A DNA stretch of 62,994 nucleotides, the filler included, from Saprolegnia diclina VS20 (taxonomy: Eukaryota): the NCBI RefSeq assembly GCF_000281045.1. It is 5 parts of 2 records of this genome, joined end to end, with 100 filler letters (N's around TTAATTAATTAA, not from the genome) between each part and the next. Parts side by side here need not be neighbours in the genome. Positions count along the whole stretch, not along the records: positions 19,342 to 51,170 come from NW_008246110.1; positions 51,271 to 58,688 come from NW_008246110.1; positions 58,789 to 61,366 come from NW_008246111.1; positions 61,467 to 62,994 come from NW_008246111.1; 1 more part is not named here. One strand, 5' to 3'. Positions 48,193 to 61,581 of the stretch are shown here, piece by piece (position 1 is the first letter of the stretch; every line of letters begins with the position of its first letter). The notes under the pieces were generated by a model. The model saw nothing but the letters and a program-made list of their open reading frames with translations. It ran no database searches and was not told the DNA's origin. The position numbers were made by a program, and so were the translations under genes.

Positions 48193-49366
48193 TTACTTCT
48201 TCTTGGTCGATGCGATGAACCCGTGTGTCTCGAGGACGTTGCGGGCCGCGTTGGCAATGTGCTTGAAGCGGTCGGGCCCGAGCTGGATACCGCCATACCA
48301 GCGCGTCACGAGCACCGCCTAGGATTGATGTATGCACTTGATATTGCGTCAGTGCCATACCACGTTCTCGGCGTGCACCATCTCGAGCAAGTGCGACATC
48401 TTGCTGCCGGCACCGTGCTCGCCGTCTTCGTCGCAGTCCTTGATGATGTTGGCGCCTTGCACGATGCGGTAGGCCTGCAGTTCATGCGCGTGATGAGCTG
48501 TGATGGAGATGACGATGGTTGACCAGCATGTTGTGGGTGGCCCGCGCAATCTTGCGATCCTGGAGCAAGTACTCGACAAAAGCATTCACCTACGTAGCAT
48601 CACCATTGGTGAGGACATGTTGCTTCCAAGGTAAGCCCAAGGATGAAGCACCTCGTCCACCGAGTGCACGGCCACGGCATGCGCCTACACGATGATGCCG
48701 GTTCAACTTCAAGGTCGGCGAGCGAATGAAGATGACCTGGAAGGTACTCTTGCGGTCTGTGATCGGGTCGCCACGCTTGATGAGCGAGAGAAATGGCGCG
48801 GGGGGTGCGTTGATAGGCGCGTCTGGAACACCGCGTGCAATGGCGTCCCAGTCGACCTCGGCTGTCGCGAGCGACTCGGGCTCGTAGGTCGTAAAGGCGC
48901 CAAATTTCTCTCGTGCGCTTTCAATCCACTCGTACAAACACACTTGGCCGGCGCTGCGCTCGTAGATGGCGTGCTAGTAGACAAACAGGTCAAGTCGTCG
49001 AACCCGTGACCGACGTTGTACCAAGTCGGCGAGGAGCTCGTCGCGCTGCGCCGTCGTGACGCCAAACGACTCGTAGACCTCAGCGATCGGCGGCTCGTGC
49101 GACGGGTATGTGGCCGGCAAGTGCACGAGCAGCTGGAGGCAAAAGTCCCCGGGCACGGTCATAAAGAACGACCTTTGCGCTTCGCCGGTGGCCTCGGCCC
49201 ATGCAAAGTCATCGCCGTAAATGGCCTACAAGCGGCGAGGTGAGCGCGCCGAGGGCGTATGTAGTAGCTACTTGAAGCGCTTCTAGCTCGTCCGCCTAAT
49301 GCGCCGTGAGATCATTGCAGAGCAACATGGAAGCAGTGCGACCTGTTGCTCTCGGTTTCCGTCCAT
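48193..49366 (-). CDS. IMPACT: IMPACT/Yih1 (RWD + UPF0029) GCN2 regulator, multi-exon
   Basis: MDGNREQQ|ADELEALQ|AIYGDDF, LPATYPSHEPP, LYEWIE, PITDRKSTFQ, KIARATHN, DCDEDGEHGAG, VTRWYGGIQLGPDRFKHI. Confidence 0.95.
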
Positions 49367-51170
49367 CGCTGTGTATGACGACGCCGACCCAATGTGAGAA
49401 AGGCCAGCCCCAGAGGTCTAAACCGACGCCACCTACGCCACATCTTCGGCACTTTTGTGGGTACCATAATGCGTCTAGCTCGTTTGCTTGGACCACACTA
49501 GTTCAAACCAAGGCTGTGCGAGCCGTCCACAAGGACGCGGCGCCAAAATCTCGGCGGGAGCAGCCTTCGACACCAACGTCGACATTGGGTTTGGGTGCGT
49601 CTAGTCCTCTCTGGCCATGCCTCCGGATACCGGGTCGGCAGAGGTGCCAGTGTTACCCTACACCATGCCTACACCCACACTTGCTATCCCCTAACCACCA
49701 CCAAGTTGTACAGTAGTAGGTTTGGAAATAGGATAAATGCTCTAGAAAGGTTATCGATGCACTTGCGTGGGTATCTGGAACCGCTTCTCGAAGGCGCAGG
49801 AGGGCGACGTCACCAGATCGCGTCAACAGCGTCGTCGAACAAGCGGGCTCGGAGGAGCGATGCGAGGAGCCATCGCTCGTTTGCCGACGAGCACGGAAGA
49901 AAGTAGATTTCCTGCCAACCCCGTACCTTCTATCAGCACAGCTGGTGGATGAAACAGCGAGAGCCCGGCGCAGGTCGGGTGGGCGCATGTCGCGTTCTCT
50001 ATGTGGCAGCATCTCATCCGAACAGCAATGAACTAGGATCCTCCCTATGCACCGGCGATCTGTGCCACTGTGGCCGCTTTCGTCGCCAACACCGTCACCT
50101 CTGACAGTGACAGTGCTCGATCAACGCCTCGTGGCCGCGTACGGCGATGGCGTCGAGACTTGGTTCGTGCTGTGTGTCGACGACGGCCTATCTCACCAGT
50201 GCCACCACCCCATCAATGTTTCGAGCCGCAGAGATGCACAAAAGGAGGCTTCCTGCGCCGGGCTCTTGCTATGTCGAGTCTCTGGTTGCGCTCGCGGTCA
50301 GTAGCTTCCCCGTTCGTTTGTTGGCCAACAACCAAGCGCGATCTTTTGGCTCTTCTGATTGGCGCGCAGCCATGGTCTTTCAAAAAATGGGCCAATCATA
50401 TGCGTCCGCACTGGCTAAGGACTGTGCTGCAGCAACGCCATGCGATGACGACCAATATGCAGCTGCGTCCGTTGTACCGACATACCTGCAACTGGGGCGC
50501 GGGAATGGATTCGCACAAGTAGTCGTCGACCCACGTCCCATCTTGTCGGTCATGCGGTTGGATGATCGGCAGACGTGCGGCTTCCATTTTACGATGGTAC
50601 TGGTTAGGCGAATGCATTGGACTCGCGTATTGAATCTCTAGACCGTGTACACCAAGGCCAGAGGTGGTCACATTCCATTTTGCGCTGCAGGACCCAGATG
50701 GCCGACACCCAGGACGCCGCCGCCTTCACCGCCGAACAAGACCACGCGCTAATGGACGCCATCGAAGCCAGCTACCTCCGTGCTCGAGCACGGCTTCCCC
50801 ACAGACCTTCAAGGGCGTCGCGACTACATCGCCCGCGCCGTCCCACCATCAACGGGTCGAGCCCTGTCCCTCGCGATGCAGCAGTCGGCCCGACTGATGC
50901 ACTGGTTCATGGTCTCGGGCCCCGACGCGAGCGCCATTTCTTAATTTGTTTGGCACCTCGTGGGAGGCGACGCGCGCCCGGTACCGCGTGCGCGCCGTCG
51001 AACGACTCCGTCGCGCAGCCGGCGAAAAGCGCATCGAAGCCGCGCGTGTGGAAGACGCGCCGTATCGAAGAGCATCGCCACGCTGAAAATAGTACTGGTA
51101 CCAGTACGTCCTCAGCGATTTTTCTGGCGCGCTGTGTGATATCCTGTTGCAGATCGACGCCGAGCTGAAG

Positions 51171-51270
51171 NNNNNNNNNNNNNNNNNNNNNNNNNNNNNN
51201 NNNNNNNNNNNNNNTTAATTAATTAANNNNNNNNNNNNNNNNNNNNNNNNNNNNNNNNNNNNNNNNNNNN
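51171..51270. other. Assembly gap with TTAATTAATTAA linker
   Basis: N run with linker at 51215-51226. Confidence 0.97.
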
Positions 51271-51528
51271 TCGGCACATGCCACCTTTAGTATTTTCGGC
51301 ACATACCGATCTTGCCGCATCGGTTCCTCACGCATGGCCACCGCTACGGACGCGGTCTCTGGAGACGCTGCGAGGAGGAGCGAGACCCTCTGCAGGAGGC
51401 TAGCGTCAGTTGGCGACCTCTCGCCAAGTACCAGATAGGCCCTTCGCCAGCGGTGGCAGTACCGCCGAGGTATCAGCCGGCCATCTTCGATTCGATGCAG
51501 GATGGAGCATCAGACTCTGGTTGCCTGA
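51271..51528 (+). repeat. Diverged duplicate of 55239-55530 (DUF4260 upstream region)
   Basis: Long near-identical alignment with scattered substitutions and a ~32-bp indel; begins at the gap edge. Confidence 0.95.
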
Positions 51529-52677
51529 AAGCGCACTTAGAAACAGAGGACTGTAGAACGAGACGAGGCAGATGAGGTACCCGCTGGTCGACGTCAGCAC
51601 CAGCGCCCGGCGCGGCGTCGACTGGCCCTTGATTCCGAGACGCAGCGGCAGCAAGTTGGAGTCGGCGAGCGCCTGCGCCAGTCGTGCGCATGGCATCATG
51701 AAGCCAAACGCCATGCCAAATTGACCGGGCATGATGAGCCACGACGCCCCGTGCGCCGACATGTGCAGACCGAGCTCGAACCCAGTGTTGAGCGGGAACT
51801 GGGCACTTGCCGTGGCCGCGAGACCAGGTGGCAGCGCCGAGACGATGCACACCAGCGCCACGTTGAACACGAAGAGCGTGTAGGTGGCGGCCATCAAGCC
51901 CTTGGGCATCGACGTCTTGGCATCTTTTGTGACGCTCGTCACCAGTGTGAGGCACTCGACCCCGGCGTACGCCCACGTGGTATAAGGCAGCCACGCAAAG
52001 TAGGCAGCGCCGAGGTCGCCGGCCGCCCACACCTCTTGTTCGGACGCGTTGCCGATTTGGAGCGGTCCATATGTTGCAAAGTCAGTATGCCCAATCGAGG
52101 CGACGCAATAGACGAGGGGTGGCACCACGCACGCAGCGGCAAGGACGAGACAAAAGCGCCAAAAATGTTTGCCGCGGAGCAAGATCAGGCTCGTCGTCAC
52201 CGCGTAGTAGATAGCCCAGAGCAGCGGCTCCCACGCCTTCTCCACGCCGTACGTTGTCGTCATAAAGTCCGACATGAAGAGCACCGAGACCGACGTGTAC
52301 GTGACGTACTCGAGGAGCTCTAAAAAGCCGACGAGGAAGCCGGTGTAGAAGCCGAGCGTGACGCGCGCGAGGCCGTACGCGCCGCCGGAAAACTGAATTT
52401 TGCCGCAGACTTCAGAAGCACACGCCATGTACGCAATGAAGGCGAGGCCCATGAGCACTTGCGACACAAAGTAGGGTACAAAGCCGGTACTTAGCGCTTC
52501 GTTCCAGCCGTAAAACTGACCGCCAATGACAGTGAGGACGCCAAGGGCCCAGATATGGCACATCGATGCTTTGTCGGCGACGTCAACCTCGATGGCAGCC
52601 GTAGCGTCGACACGACAGTCGAGTGTCGTCTTGGCACTGGTCGACGGTGTCGGCGTCACGCTGGAAGGGCTCGTCAT
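51406..52677 (-). pseudogene. APC-family amino acid permease, 3'-truncated/chimeric
   Basis: IWALGVLTVIGGQFYGWN, FSGGAYGLAR, WAYAGVE, SMPKG motifs; the permease sequence stops at FYSPLFLSA (51529) and reads into the duplicated segment, so the final TM helices are missing. Confidence 0.7.
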
Positions 52678-53212
52678 CGGGTTAGAGTCAAGGGCGTGGT
52701 AGGCTTGTGGCACGCGTCCCGCAGCATGCAAATGTGAGATACTAGTATGTTCCACGAAACCGAACGCCGGTTCAACCGCTCGGGGTCTCCGTAAACGTTA
52801 GCGTGCGCGACCCAATGAAAAAGATCCCAATGACGCAGCAATGACAGGTGGCTGGCTCCCGAGCTATCGCACCTTCAAGTCGGTCCCTAAGAACGTAGTG
52901 ACTTGAGACGCCACCTTGTTGGGTGACGTGAAAGGAACACCTCACATTACGACCTCGTAAGCTCGGCATCCGATTGGTCATCGTCAAGCGGCGTTGTGCT
53001 AATTTCGACGCAGTTGAAACGACCGGTGTTATCGAGTCGGTCTCAAACCGCTCCTCGTTAACGCGAGTCGTCGTGAACGTTGCAGCGCGTTCTCCATCTA
53101 CCGAGGAGAAGCTCGGCATTAGCAAGCATGGGTCTATTATTGACCCATGGCAAGTAACCTCGATCTCTCGACTTGTCAACACCATGTATACACGAAGTGC
53201 GCTCTTTAAGCT

Positions 53213-53929
53213 TTATTTGGTAATAGGTGAAATTCGATACAGAAAAATCTCCTCGGGGTAGGGCACGAGGGTCGCATACCGGGCGTGGTCGAGCGAAACA
53301 CAGTCGCAATGCAGCCCTTGCGCCTCGAGTTGCTGGATGAAGTCCGCTTCCATGGCCGCGTTCCGCGTCTCGTAGGTCATAAACATGACGCTCTCTGGTG
53401 ACGCAAGTAGCTGGCAGATCGTCCGCACCAGTAGCGGAAAGACACTGGCATTGTACAGAATGTCCGACGCGACGACGACGTCCGGCGACAGATTCGTCTC
53501 GGCCTCGCCCCACTGCAGCTCCAGCACGCGAGGACGGCGGTCGGCGCCAAAGTTGTACTCGACGTTCTTTTGCAGCAGCGGAAGACAGTACGCTTGGTCA
53601 GTGAGGACGACGTCGGTGACGCCGATGGCCGAGAGCGTCATGCCCACGAGGCCGACGCCGGCGCCGAGCTCGACGGCTTGCTGCCAGGGCTGCGCGTGGC
53701 GCTGTAGGTACTCGGCCAGCACGAGTGCAGCGTCCCAGACGCAGTGGCCATGCGATGCAACGGCGGGCTTCTCCGTCGTGCAGAGGCTACGGTCTTGGAT
53801 CGCCGTGAGGCGCTTGACGAGGTTGCCGACTCGGACAGTGTACTGGAACGCAGGCGCTGACTCGCGCTCCCAGAGCTCCATCTCGGCCACGTCGACAGCC
53901 GCCAGCGTCGGCGGAGGGACTTGCACCAT
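53213..53929 (-). CDS. METTL21/Methyltransf_16-family protein lysine methyltransferase
   Basis: GHCVWDAALVL, VELGAGVGLVG, VVLTDQ, LQWGE, DVVVASDILY, YETR. Confidence 0.92.
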   Translation of the reverse strand: MVQVPPPTLAAVDVAEMELWERESAPAFQYTVRVGNLVKRLTAIQDRSLCTTEKPAVASHGHCVWDAALVLAEYLQRHAQPWQQAVELGAGVGLVGMTLSAIGVTDVVLTDQAYCLPLLQKNVEYNFGADRRPRVLELQWGEAETNLSPDVVVASDILYNASVFPLLVRTICQLLASPESVMFMTYETRNAAMEADFIQQLEAQGLHCDCVSLDHARYATLVPYPEEIFLYRISPITK

Positions 53930-54700
53930 GATCCAGAAATGGGTTGATTGGGTCGATACACGTACTTTATCCGGATAAAATACCGTTTTCCCGCAAAGTG
54001 CGAGGCGTAACCGCCAATCAACCGACTCTGCCACTTGTTGACATCGGGCAAGAGCCCACGGTGAACGCCACGAGAACGACCCAGTCTCATCGATACAGTC
54101 GGTCATCTGCACGCCATCAGCTTTATCGCCACCTCGGCTAGTAGTATTTTGGTCGTCCGCAGGAAGACGCAGGGCTAACCGCGCCAGGCCATTGGTCAAA
54201 ATTTGGCCAATAAAACACAATTGGGAAGGACTGTCGGTAGCGGTATGGACGCCGCGTGGACAAGTTGTCCTTGTTTCTTTCACGCACGAGCCTACATATA
54301 TAGTTCCAAGAGTACACAACTCCGATTTGAGTTTATGTATTCTTGCTAGTTCGTAGCGGAGAGGTTGGAGCGACGAGTTTGCTCGAGTGGCGCCTACGAT
54401 CGTTTACGCCCAGAAAGTGGCGAACTCCGGGCAAAGTCGATTTGCCATCGAGTCTCCTCGAGCGCAGTCCCATAGCGAACGTACTAGTAGCGGCACATCG
54501 GCAATATTTGGCTAGTGGCCTCCATCGCGTCGTAGCTCATGCGACCATGCTCAATGCTGGCTGCAACGTTGGCATAAGACCAATGCCACCGTCATCAAGT
54601 GCAGCTTACATTATCAAGGGGCAATTCAGAGGCAGTGGTCGCAACCCATCCATGCGCTGTCATGGCAGAACAGTGATCGTCCGAACGGCTTGCGGCGCGA

Positions 54701-55177
54701 TTACACGGCGGAGGGCTGGAACGTACGGTACGACGCGACGGGCGTATCGGTCGCCGCTGGTGGCTTTTGAAAGTAAATCGTGGGGTCTTGATCGACCGTG
54801 ATGCTCGTTGCGAGAAAGCCTTCGGGGTACCGAAGCCCGTACCCAAGCGAGCGCTCCCAGCCAATGTGCGCCATCCAGATAAGCCCCGCGTAGGCCACGC
54901 CGATGGGCGACGACGGCAGCACCGCGTAGATTGCGAGCACGATTAGCGGGCCCACGAGCGTATGCGAGAGGTTGTAGACGCTCGCGCCGAGCCAGTTGCC
55001 GCCGACGTACGCGACCGAGAAGAGGTCGCCGGCGAAGAAGCCGCACGCAAAGACGATCCAGTTGCCCTGTAGCCGCGCGTAGCCCACGAGACATGCGATG
55101 AGGAGGAAGAGGCCTTCGAGCTGGAGCAGGACGCGGACCATGCCCGTGGCCGGCGGTGGGCAGCTCGGCTCGGCCAT
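54701..55177 (-). CDS. DUF4260-family membrane protein (mostly bacterial family), intronless
   Basis: LLQLEGL, W..F...F.AGDL, GA.VYNLSH, LIWMAHIGWERSLGYGLRY.EGF motifs. Confidence 0.85.
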   Translation of the reverse strand: MAEPSCPPPATGMVRVLLQLEGLFLLIACLVGYARLQGNWIVFACGFFAGDLFSVAYVGGNWLGASVYNLSHTLVGPLIVLAIYAVLPSSPIGVAYAGLIWMAHIGWERSLGYGLRYPEGFLATSITVDQDPTIYFQKPPAATDTPVASYRTFQPSAV

Positions 55178-55238
55178 GCTGACGTTGTCGTTGTGCTGGA
55201 CTGCGTGTGCAACTGGCACCAAACGCACCTCCGATCTT

Positions 55239-55530
55239 TCGGCACATGCCACCTTTAGTATTTTCGGCACATACCGATCTTGCCGTATCGGTTCCTCACG
55301 CATGGCCACCGCTACAGACGCGCTCTCTAGAGACGCTGCGAGGAGGAGCCGAGACCCTCTGCATGAGGCTGCTTCGCTGGATCTTGGGCGAGCAGGCTCG
55401 ACCAGCGTCTGTAGACGACCTCTCGCCAAGTACCAGATAGGCCCTTCGCCAGCGGTGGCAGTACCACCGAGGTATCAGCCGGCCATCTTCGATTCGATGC
55501 AGGATGGAGCATCAGACTCTGGTTGCCTGA
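55239..55530 (+). repeat. Second copy of the duplicated segment (see 51271-51528)
   Basis: Direct alignment by eye; internal TTTCGGCACAT doublet. Confidence 0.95.
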
Positions 55531-55752
55531 CTGCTCCGCGTGCAGAACCCGAGCTAGGCTGCACCCTCGTCTTGAGCTCAGCCTGGCCATGGACTTGCGA
55601 CAACATCAAGAAGGAAGTCATGAAGCTCGCAGTCCATTCAGGTACTCGTAGAGGAGTTAGTTCATGTACTAGTACCCCCTTCTTTGGACAAAGCGCCATG
55701 CAATGCGTTCGAAGCGAGAGACGGAAGACAAAGACATCAGTAGTTAGTACGT

Positions 55753-56739
55753 TTAGCTCGAGTATTCGAGGATCGTGAGGAGGAGGTTGCGGAGGTCGCC
55801 CGACGTCTCGCCGTGAATGCGGTCACGGAGCGACGTGTTGTACTTGGACTGGTACGCCTGCTTGACCTGCGGGAGGAGGTGCTGGTAGCGGACGATGGCG
55901 GAGGCAAGGCCATACTCGTCAGTGCCAATGCCCTTCATCGTGCGCTCGATCTGGACCGCGATCGTCTCGATGGGGTGGAGGATCATGCCGACGTGGTAGA
56001 GGAGCGCGTCCTCCGACTTGCCGCCAAACTCCTTCTCGATCGCGCGCTCGAGGCTGTTGCCGTGCTTGGCGACGTACGCCGCGTTGACGGTGGCCATGAA
56101 CTGCGCCGGGATCGAGCAGAGCGCGTTGCAGAACGCGCTCTCGTCCGTGCCCCACTTGCCCTCGCCGGCCTTGTAGATGACCTCGGCGAACTCCTGGGCC
56201 TTGGCCTGCGTGTGGATGCTCGGGTTGTACGGCTGCGCCATCTGGTTGACGATCGCAAGGAAGAACGTCTTGAGGTCACCGCCAAGGTCGTCGGCAAGCA
56301 CGACGACCATGTCGTTCTGGTAGTTCTTGAAGAAGGCCTTCTTGAGGATGTTGATTTCCTCGTTCGTGCGGCCGCCAAGCACCGGGTACAAGAGCTTCTC
56401 GGTGGTGCCGGCGCCCTTGGTCGCGTCGCGGATGATCATGGCCTCGGCCTCCTCAAGCGGCTGCGCAAGGAGCTGGAGGAGCTTGCCGTAGTCGCCCGAC
56501 GTCTCGCGCTTGAGCTCGTCGTAGAGCGACTTGTTGTGGAGCTCCGGGTAGCGGAGCGCAATGAGGTGGCGCTCGGCCGCCGTCTTGGTGCCAATGAGCT
56601 TCGTGAGGCGGTCCTCGTCCGTGCCAAAGCCGGCGCAGGCCGAGTAGATCTCGTTGCACCAGTTGTCGATCTGGAGGTTCTGGTGGGCGATGGCGGCGCC
56701 GTTGTTGATGTCGTGCGTCTGCTGCGGGTAGAGGTTCAT
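55753..56739 (-). CDS. Annexin (4 repeats), intronless
   Basis: GFGTDE..ETSGD, GAGTTE..DLGGD, KWGTDE..EFGG, GIGTDE..ETSGDL endonexin repeats; INR/FPR-like GCTCACTTTGGAATTTG on the minus strand at 56756-56772. Confidence 0.97.
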   Translation of the reverse strand: MNLYPQQTHDINNGAAIAHQNLQIDNWCNEIYSACAGFGTDEDRLTKLIGTKTAAERHLIALRYPELHNKSLYDELKRETSGDYGKLLQLLAQPLEEAEAMIIRDATKGAGTTEKLLYPVLGGRTNEEINILKKAFFKNYQNDMVVVLADDLGGDLKTFFLAIVNQMAQPYNPSIHTQAKAQEFAEVIYKAGEGKWGTDESAFCNALCSIPAQFMATVNAAYVAKHGNSLERAIEKEFGGKSEDALLYHVGMILHPIETIAVQIERTMKGIGTDEYGLASAIVRYQHLLPQVKQAYQSKYNTSLRDRIHGETSGDLRNLLLTILEYSS

Positions 56740-56815
56740 GGTCGCTCGAAGGTGGCAAATTCCAAAGTGAGCTTTCGAAAAGCCCGGATTTGATCGAGAT
56801 TCGGCAACCAACTGG

Positions 56816-56845
56816 TCGAGCAGATGGTTCTCGAGCAGATGGTTC
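56816..56845 (+). repeat. 15-bp tandem duplication in annexin promoter
   Basis: TCGAGCAGATGGTTC x2. Confidence 0.9.
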
Positions 56846-57760
56846 TCGAAGTCACTTCTGCCTGCGTCGGGTCGTCGGCTGCGCGGCTTATACATGCGAG
56901 TAGCTAGCTACACGCTGCACACTGCCGCTGGCTGGTGACCTCGCAAAGGCGGCTCGATAGCTACAGCAGCGTCAATACGTCGGTACCAACAAAGGGCGTA
57001 TGCTGGAGGACGCGTTCTACACTGTATATGCTTCTTCAAGCGCCAAAAAGTGAGGTTGGCAAGCCACAGAGATGCGACCAAGATACTGAGCGGGCAGCGA
57101 GCGGCCGAGGCAGTCGTGTTGGACGTAGCCGCCTCTGTGAAGGGACGTATCGCTCTCGGCGCAGGGACGGGAGCGCGTTTCGTCCCCATACAACGGCAGC
57201 CTGCGGCGGCAGCATCTATGCGGCAGTCGGCTGACTTGGTGTTCCTCCCACTCTTCCTTCCCTCGCGTGCGCAGCTGGGCGCCACGTCACTCGGCCAGCA
57301 ATAATCTGGTCGGATCCGCCCTTTCTCCGCCTGAAACGAAGTTCGTAGCATGACAAGTATACAAATAAATAGTACGCGACAGGCGGGCGCCATGCGATCG
57401 AAGTTGAAGCTCGTGACCAAGATGGGCAGCCGAGGATGATCGGCGGCGCTGAATTTGCGCGGGGGAAACGAAGAGAGACGTCCGTGGGCACTGACTGCAC
57501 CGCCGCGTGTATGTTATATGCACCGCCCAATCCTTTGCATTGCCAAAGACCGAACGACATACCGATAGCGTTGTCATGTCGCGGCGATCGAACCGCGTGA
57601 TAGCTGGCTCGGGGATATCCGCGGACACGCGTCAGCCGGATTCGAAGCGTCCCGAAGGCCGACCACGCACGCCATCATCTTGCAAGCACGTCACTCGTGC
57701 CATGACCAACCCTCTGAGCCCATGGCCGATGGTACAACGCAACTGAGGATGGCGTTTCAT

Positions 57761-58005
57761 NNNNNNNNNNNNNNNNNNNNNNNNNNNNNNNNNNNNNNNN
57801 NNNNNNNNNNNNNNNNNNNNNNNNNNNNNNNNNNNNNNNNNNNNNNNNNNNNNNNNNNNNNNNNNNNNNNNNNNNNNNNNNNNNNNNNNNNNNNNNNNNN
57901 NNNNNNNNNNNNNNNNNNNNNNNNNNNNNNNNNNNNNNNNNNNNNNNNNNNNNNNNNNNNNNNNNNNNNNNNNNNNNNNNNNNNNNNNNNNNNNNNNNNN
58001 NNNNN
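57761..58005. other. Assembly gap (245 N)
   Basis: N run. Confidence 0.97.
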
Positions 58006-58174
58006 CAATGTCGTCGTTGGGGCAGTGGGGCGTTGTCAGTGTGAGCTGGGACGGCGCCGGCGTCTCGAGGGTCAGAAGCGCGTCCGAAGCCTCCGATGGG
58101 ACGGTAGGACGGACGCGTAGGAAGACCTTGACGCGCGGCGACCGGAGCGCAGACTTCTTGGCGGGCGATGGCAT
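58006..58174 (-). CDS. Kinesin motor-domain N-terminal fragment running into gap
   Basis: MPSPAKKSALRSPRVKVFLRVRP (first motif of the kinesin motor); four CCAAT boxes upstream at 58219-58320. Confidence 0.6.
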
Positions 58175-58688
58175 CTTGTCAAATGACAGAAATATCGAGC
58201 AATGCGGAATGGCGATCCGCCAATCAGAACGCCCGATGCGCTTGATGAGTGCCACGAGGCGGTCCTAATCAACCCAATGGCCAATGAAAACACAGGAAGT
58301 AGAAGATTTGTAGCCAATCAGCGCAGCGGATTCTCGATCTTGCCCCGCGACTTGATGCGCGACGACAAACACGCAGAGTTGTGGACATTGGAACCTCGCT
58401 GCACGGTCTGCCGCATACATGCAAAGCTGTGTATAGCTTTTCCCATGTACTCGACGATCGTACCATTCAACAAGGGTAAATTTATGGCCCTTGCATCCAA
58501 GTACGCGGCGTCAGTAGCATCGTGGCATACTGCTTGCGAGCAGTTCTTGGTGATCGATTGGGGCGGAAGATAACGAGGTCGTACCACCCGTGTCTTGCTT
58601 TCATAGTATGCTTATTCCTTGGCAGTGCCATATAAATATGCTGCAACGCGAGGGTCAAGGCACTCAGTCGTGGCCATACCACGACGCA

Positions 58689-58788
58689 NNNNNNNNNNNN
58701 NNNNNNNNNNNNNNNNNNNNNNNNNNNNNNNNTTAATTAATTAANNNNNNNNNNNNNNNNNNNNNNNNNNNNNNNNNNNNNNNNNNNN
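58689..58788. other. Assembly gap with TTAATTAATTAA linker
   Basis: Linker at 58733-58744. Confidence 0.97.
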
Positions 58789-60309
<1,521 letters not shown>

Positions 60310-61366
60310 CCTCCGTCGCCGTCGGTTTGAAAACTGACGTTTCTCCCCATTTCATTGGCTTCTTTTTAACCAATCCAACTCAACATCACAACCGGACGAC
60401 GCCATATCTTTTCGGATACGCAAACCGTGTGAAGATCGAAAATGGTCCAGATCTGGTTGCTCCGGCACCAGCGCGAAAAGCATTCGAGCGACAAAAGAAC
60501 GTGCGACCGCGCCAACAAGCATGAAGCCATGGCATCCAGTGTCGTCGTCAATCCATAGAGACGCTGCCCAAGGACGTACGAGGACGGACTCGCTATCGAC
60601 GCCGTCTTGGGGTATCACCCACCGCCACTCGACCACGCTCTCGAGCAGTGTACGGGCCATCGTGCGTCGCAGCCGTACGCCTTGGATCCCTTCCGCAGGT
60701 CATGGCGGGCACGGCTTCCGCTTTCGATTGGTCAAAAAGGCGACCAAATCAACAACACCCGGGCCGGATGGATGCGATCACAAATATCGGCACATCCTGA
60801 GATGAATACAATCCTATCGGGACGAGCTATCGGGACGCCATTTCTGCGAGGGTGCCACATAAGGCGTGCAAGCGGCAGAGCTGAGCGGCCGTGGTGGCCA
60901 GTACGACGGCGCCCAGTAGCCTGCTAGTGGTCTGGTCGAGCACGGTCAACGTGATGCGGCCAACGTGATCTGGAAGCGACGACCTGTGTCATCGCCACAC
61001 TTGCCGCTGCGCCACGTCTCGGAAAGGCGGGGTTCGTGCATCTGGCCGACGCCAACTCGGCTTGGCCGCATGGATGGCTGCGTATCTTTAGGTAGATGCG
61101 TCGTACTGGCAGCAGCAAGAACAAAGTGCTCTGCGATATGGTGGCCGACGATCATGTTTGGTTTATCGTAGCTTGTGTCATCGCCAGTGCTAGGCGAGGT
61201 GCATTCGACGACGTGCATTTGAGATATGCGATCGTCGCGCGAGGCGCCTCGCCGTCCTTCCTCAACGTTTAGTTTAGAGATAGCAAGTACCCATGCGTTT
61301 GCGTTGCCCACAAAACTACTACGCGATTTCAAAAAGGCATTTAGTCGCTTTATCCAACCATGCAAC

Positions 61367-61466
61367 NNNNNNNNNNNNNNNNNNNNNNNNNNNNNNNNNN
61401 NNNNNNNNNNTTAATTAATTAANNNNNNNNNNNNNNNNNNNNNNNNNNNNNNNNNNNNNNNNNNNN
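61367..61466. other. Assembly gap with TTAATTAATTAA linker
   Basis: Linker at 61411-61422. Confidence 0.97.
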
Positions 61467-61581
61467 AGTTCATCCATTTCGCGACTTGTATACGCGTATG
61501 ATATTCGATGGTTATGGTCTTACCGGCTTACCAGTCGCGTACTCACATGGTGTATACCTCGTGTGACAACGACGAGTGGGC

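Noticed and set aside
51092..51107. Perfect 16-bp palindrome GTACTGGTACCAGTAC
   Set aside because: About one is expected by chance in 63 kb, and there is no supporting context
49500..51170. Short ORF fragments, one with a Myb/SANT-like start (FTAEQDHALMDAI)
   Set aside because: No coherent gene model or recognisable family; possibly decayed sequence
5341..53929. Several translation-related modifiers in the window (EEF1AKMT1, TRM13, IMPACT, METTL21-like)
   Set aside because: Dispersed among unrelated genes; no evidence of a functional cluster
60350..61366. Possible transposon or pseudogene remnant
   Set aside because: No transposase/RT motifs or terminal repeats recognised
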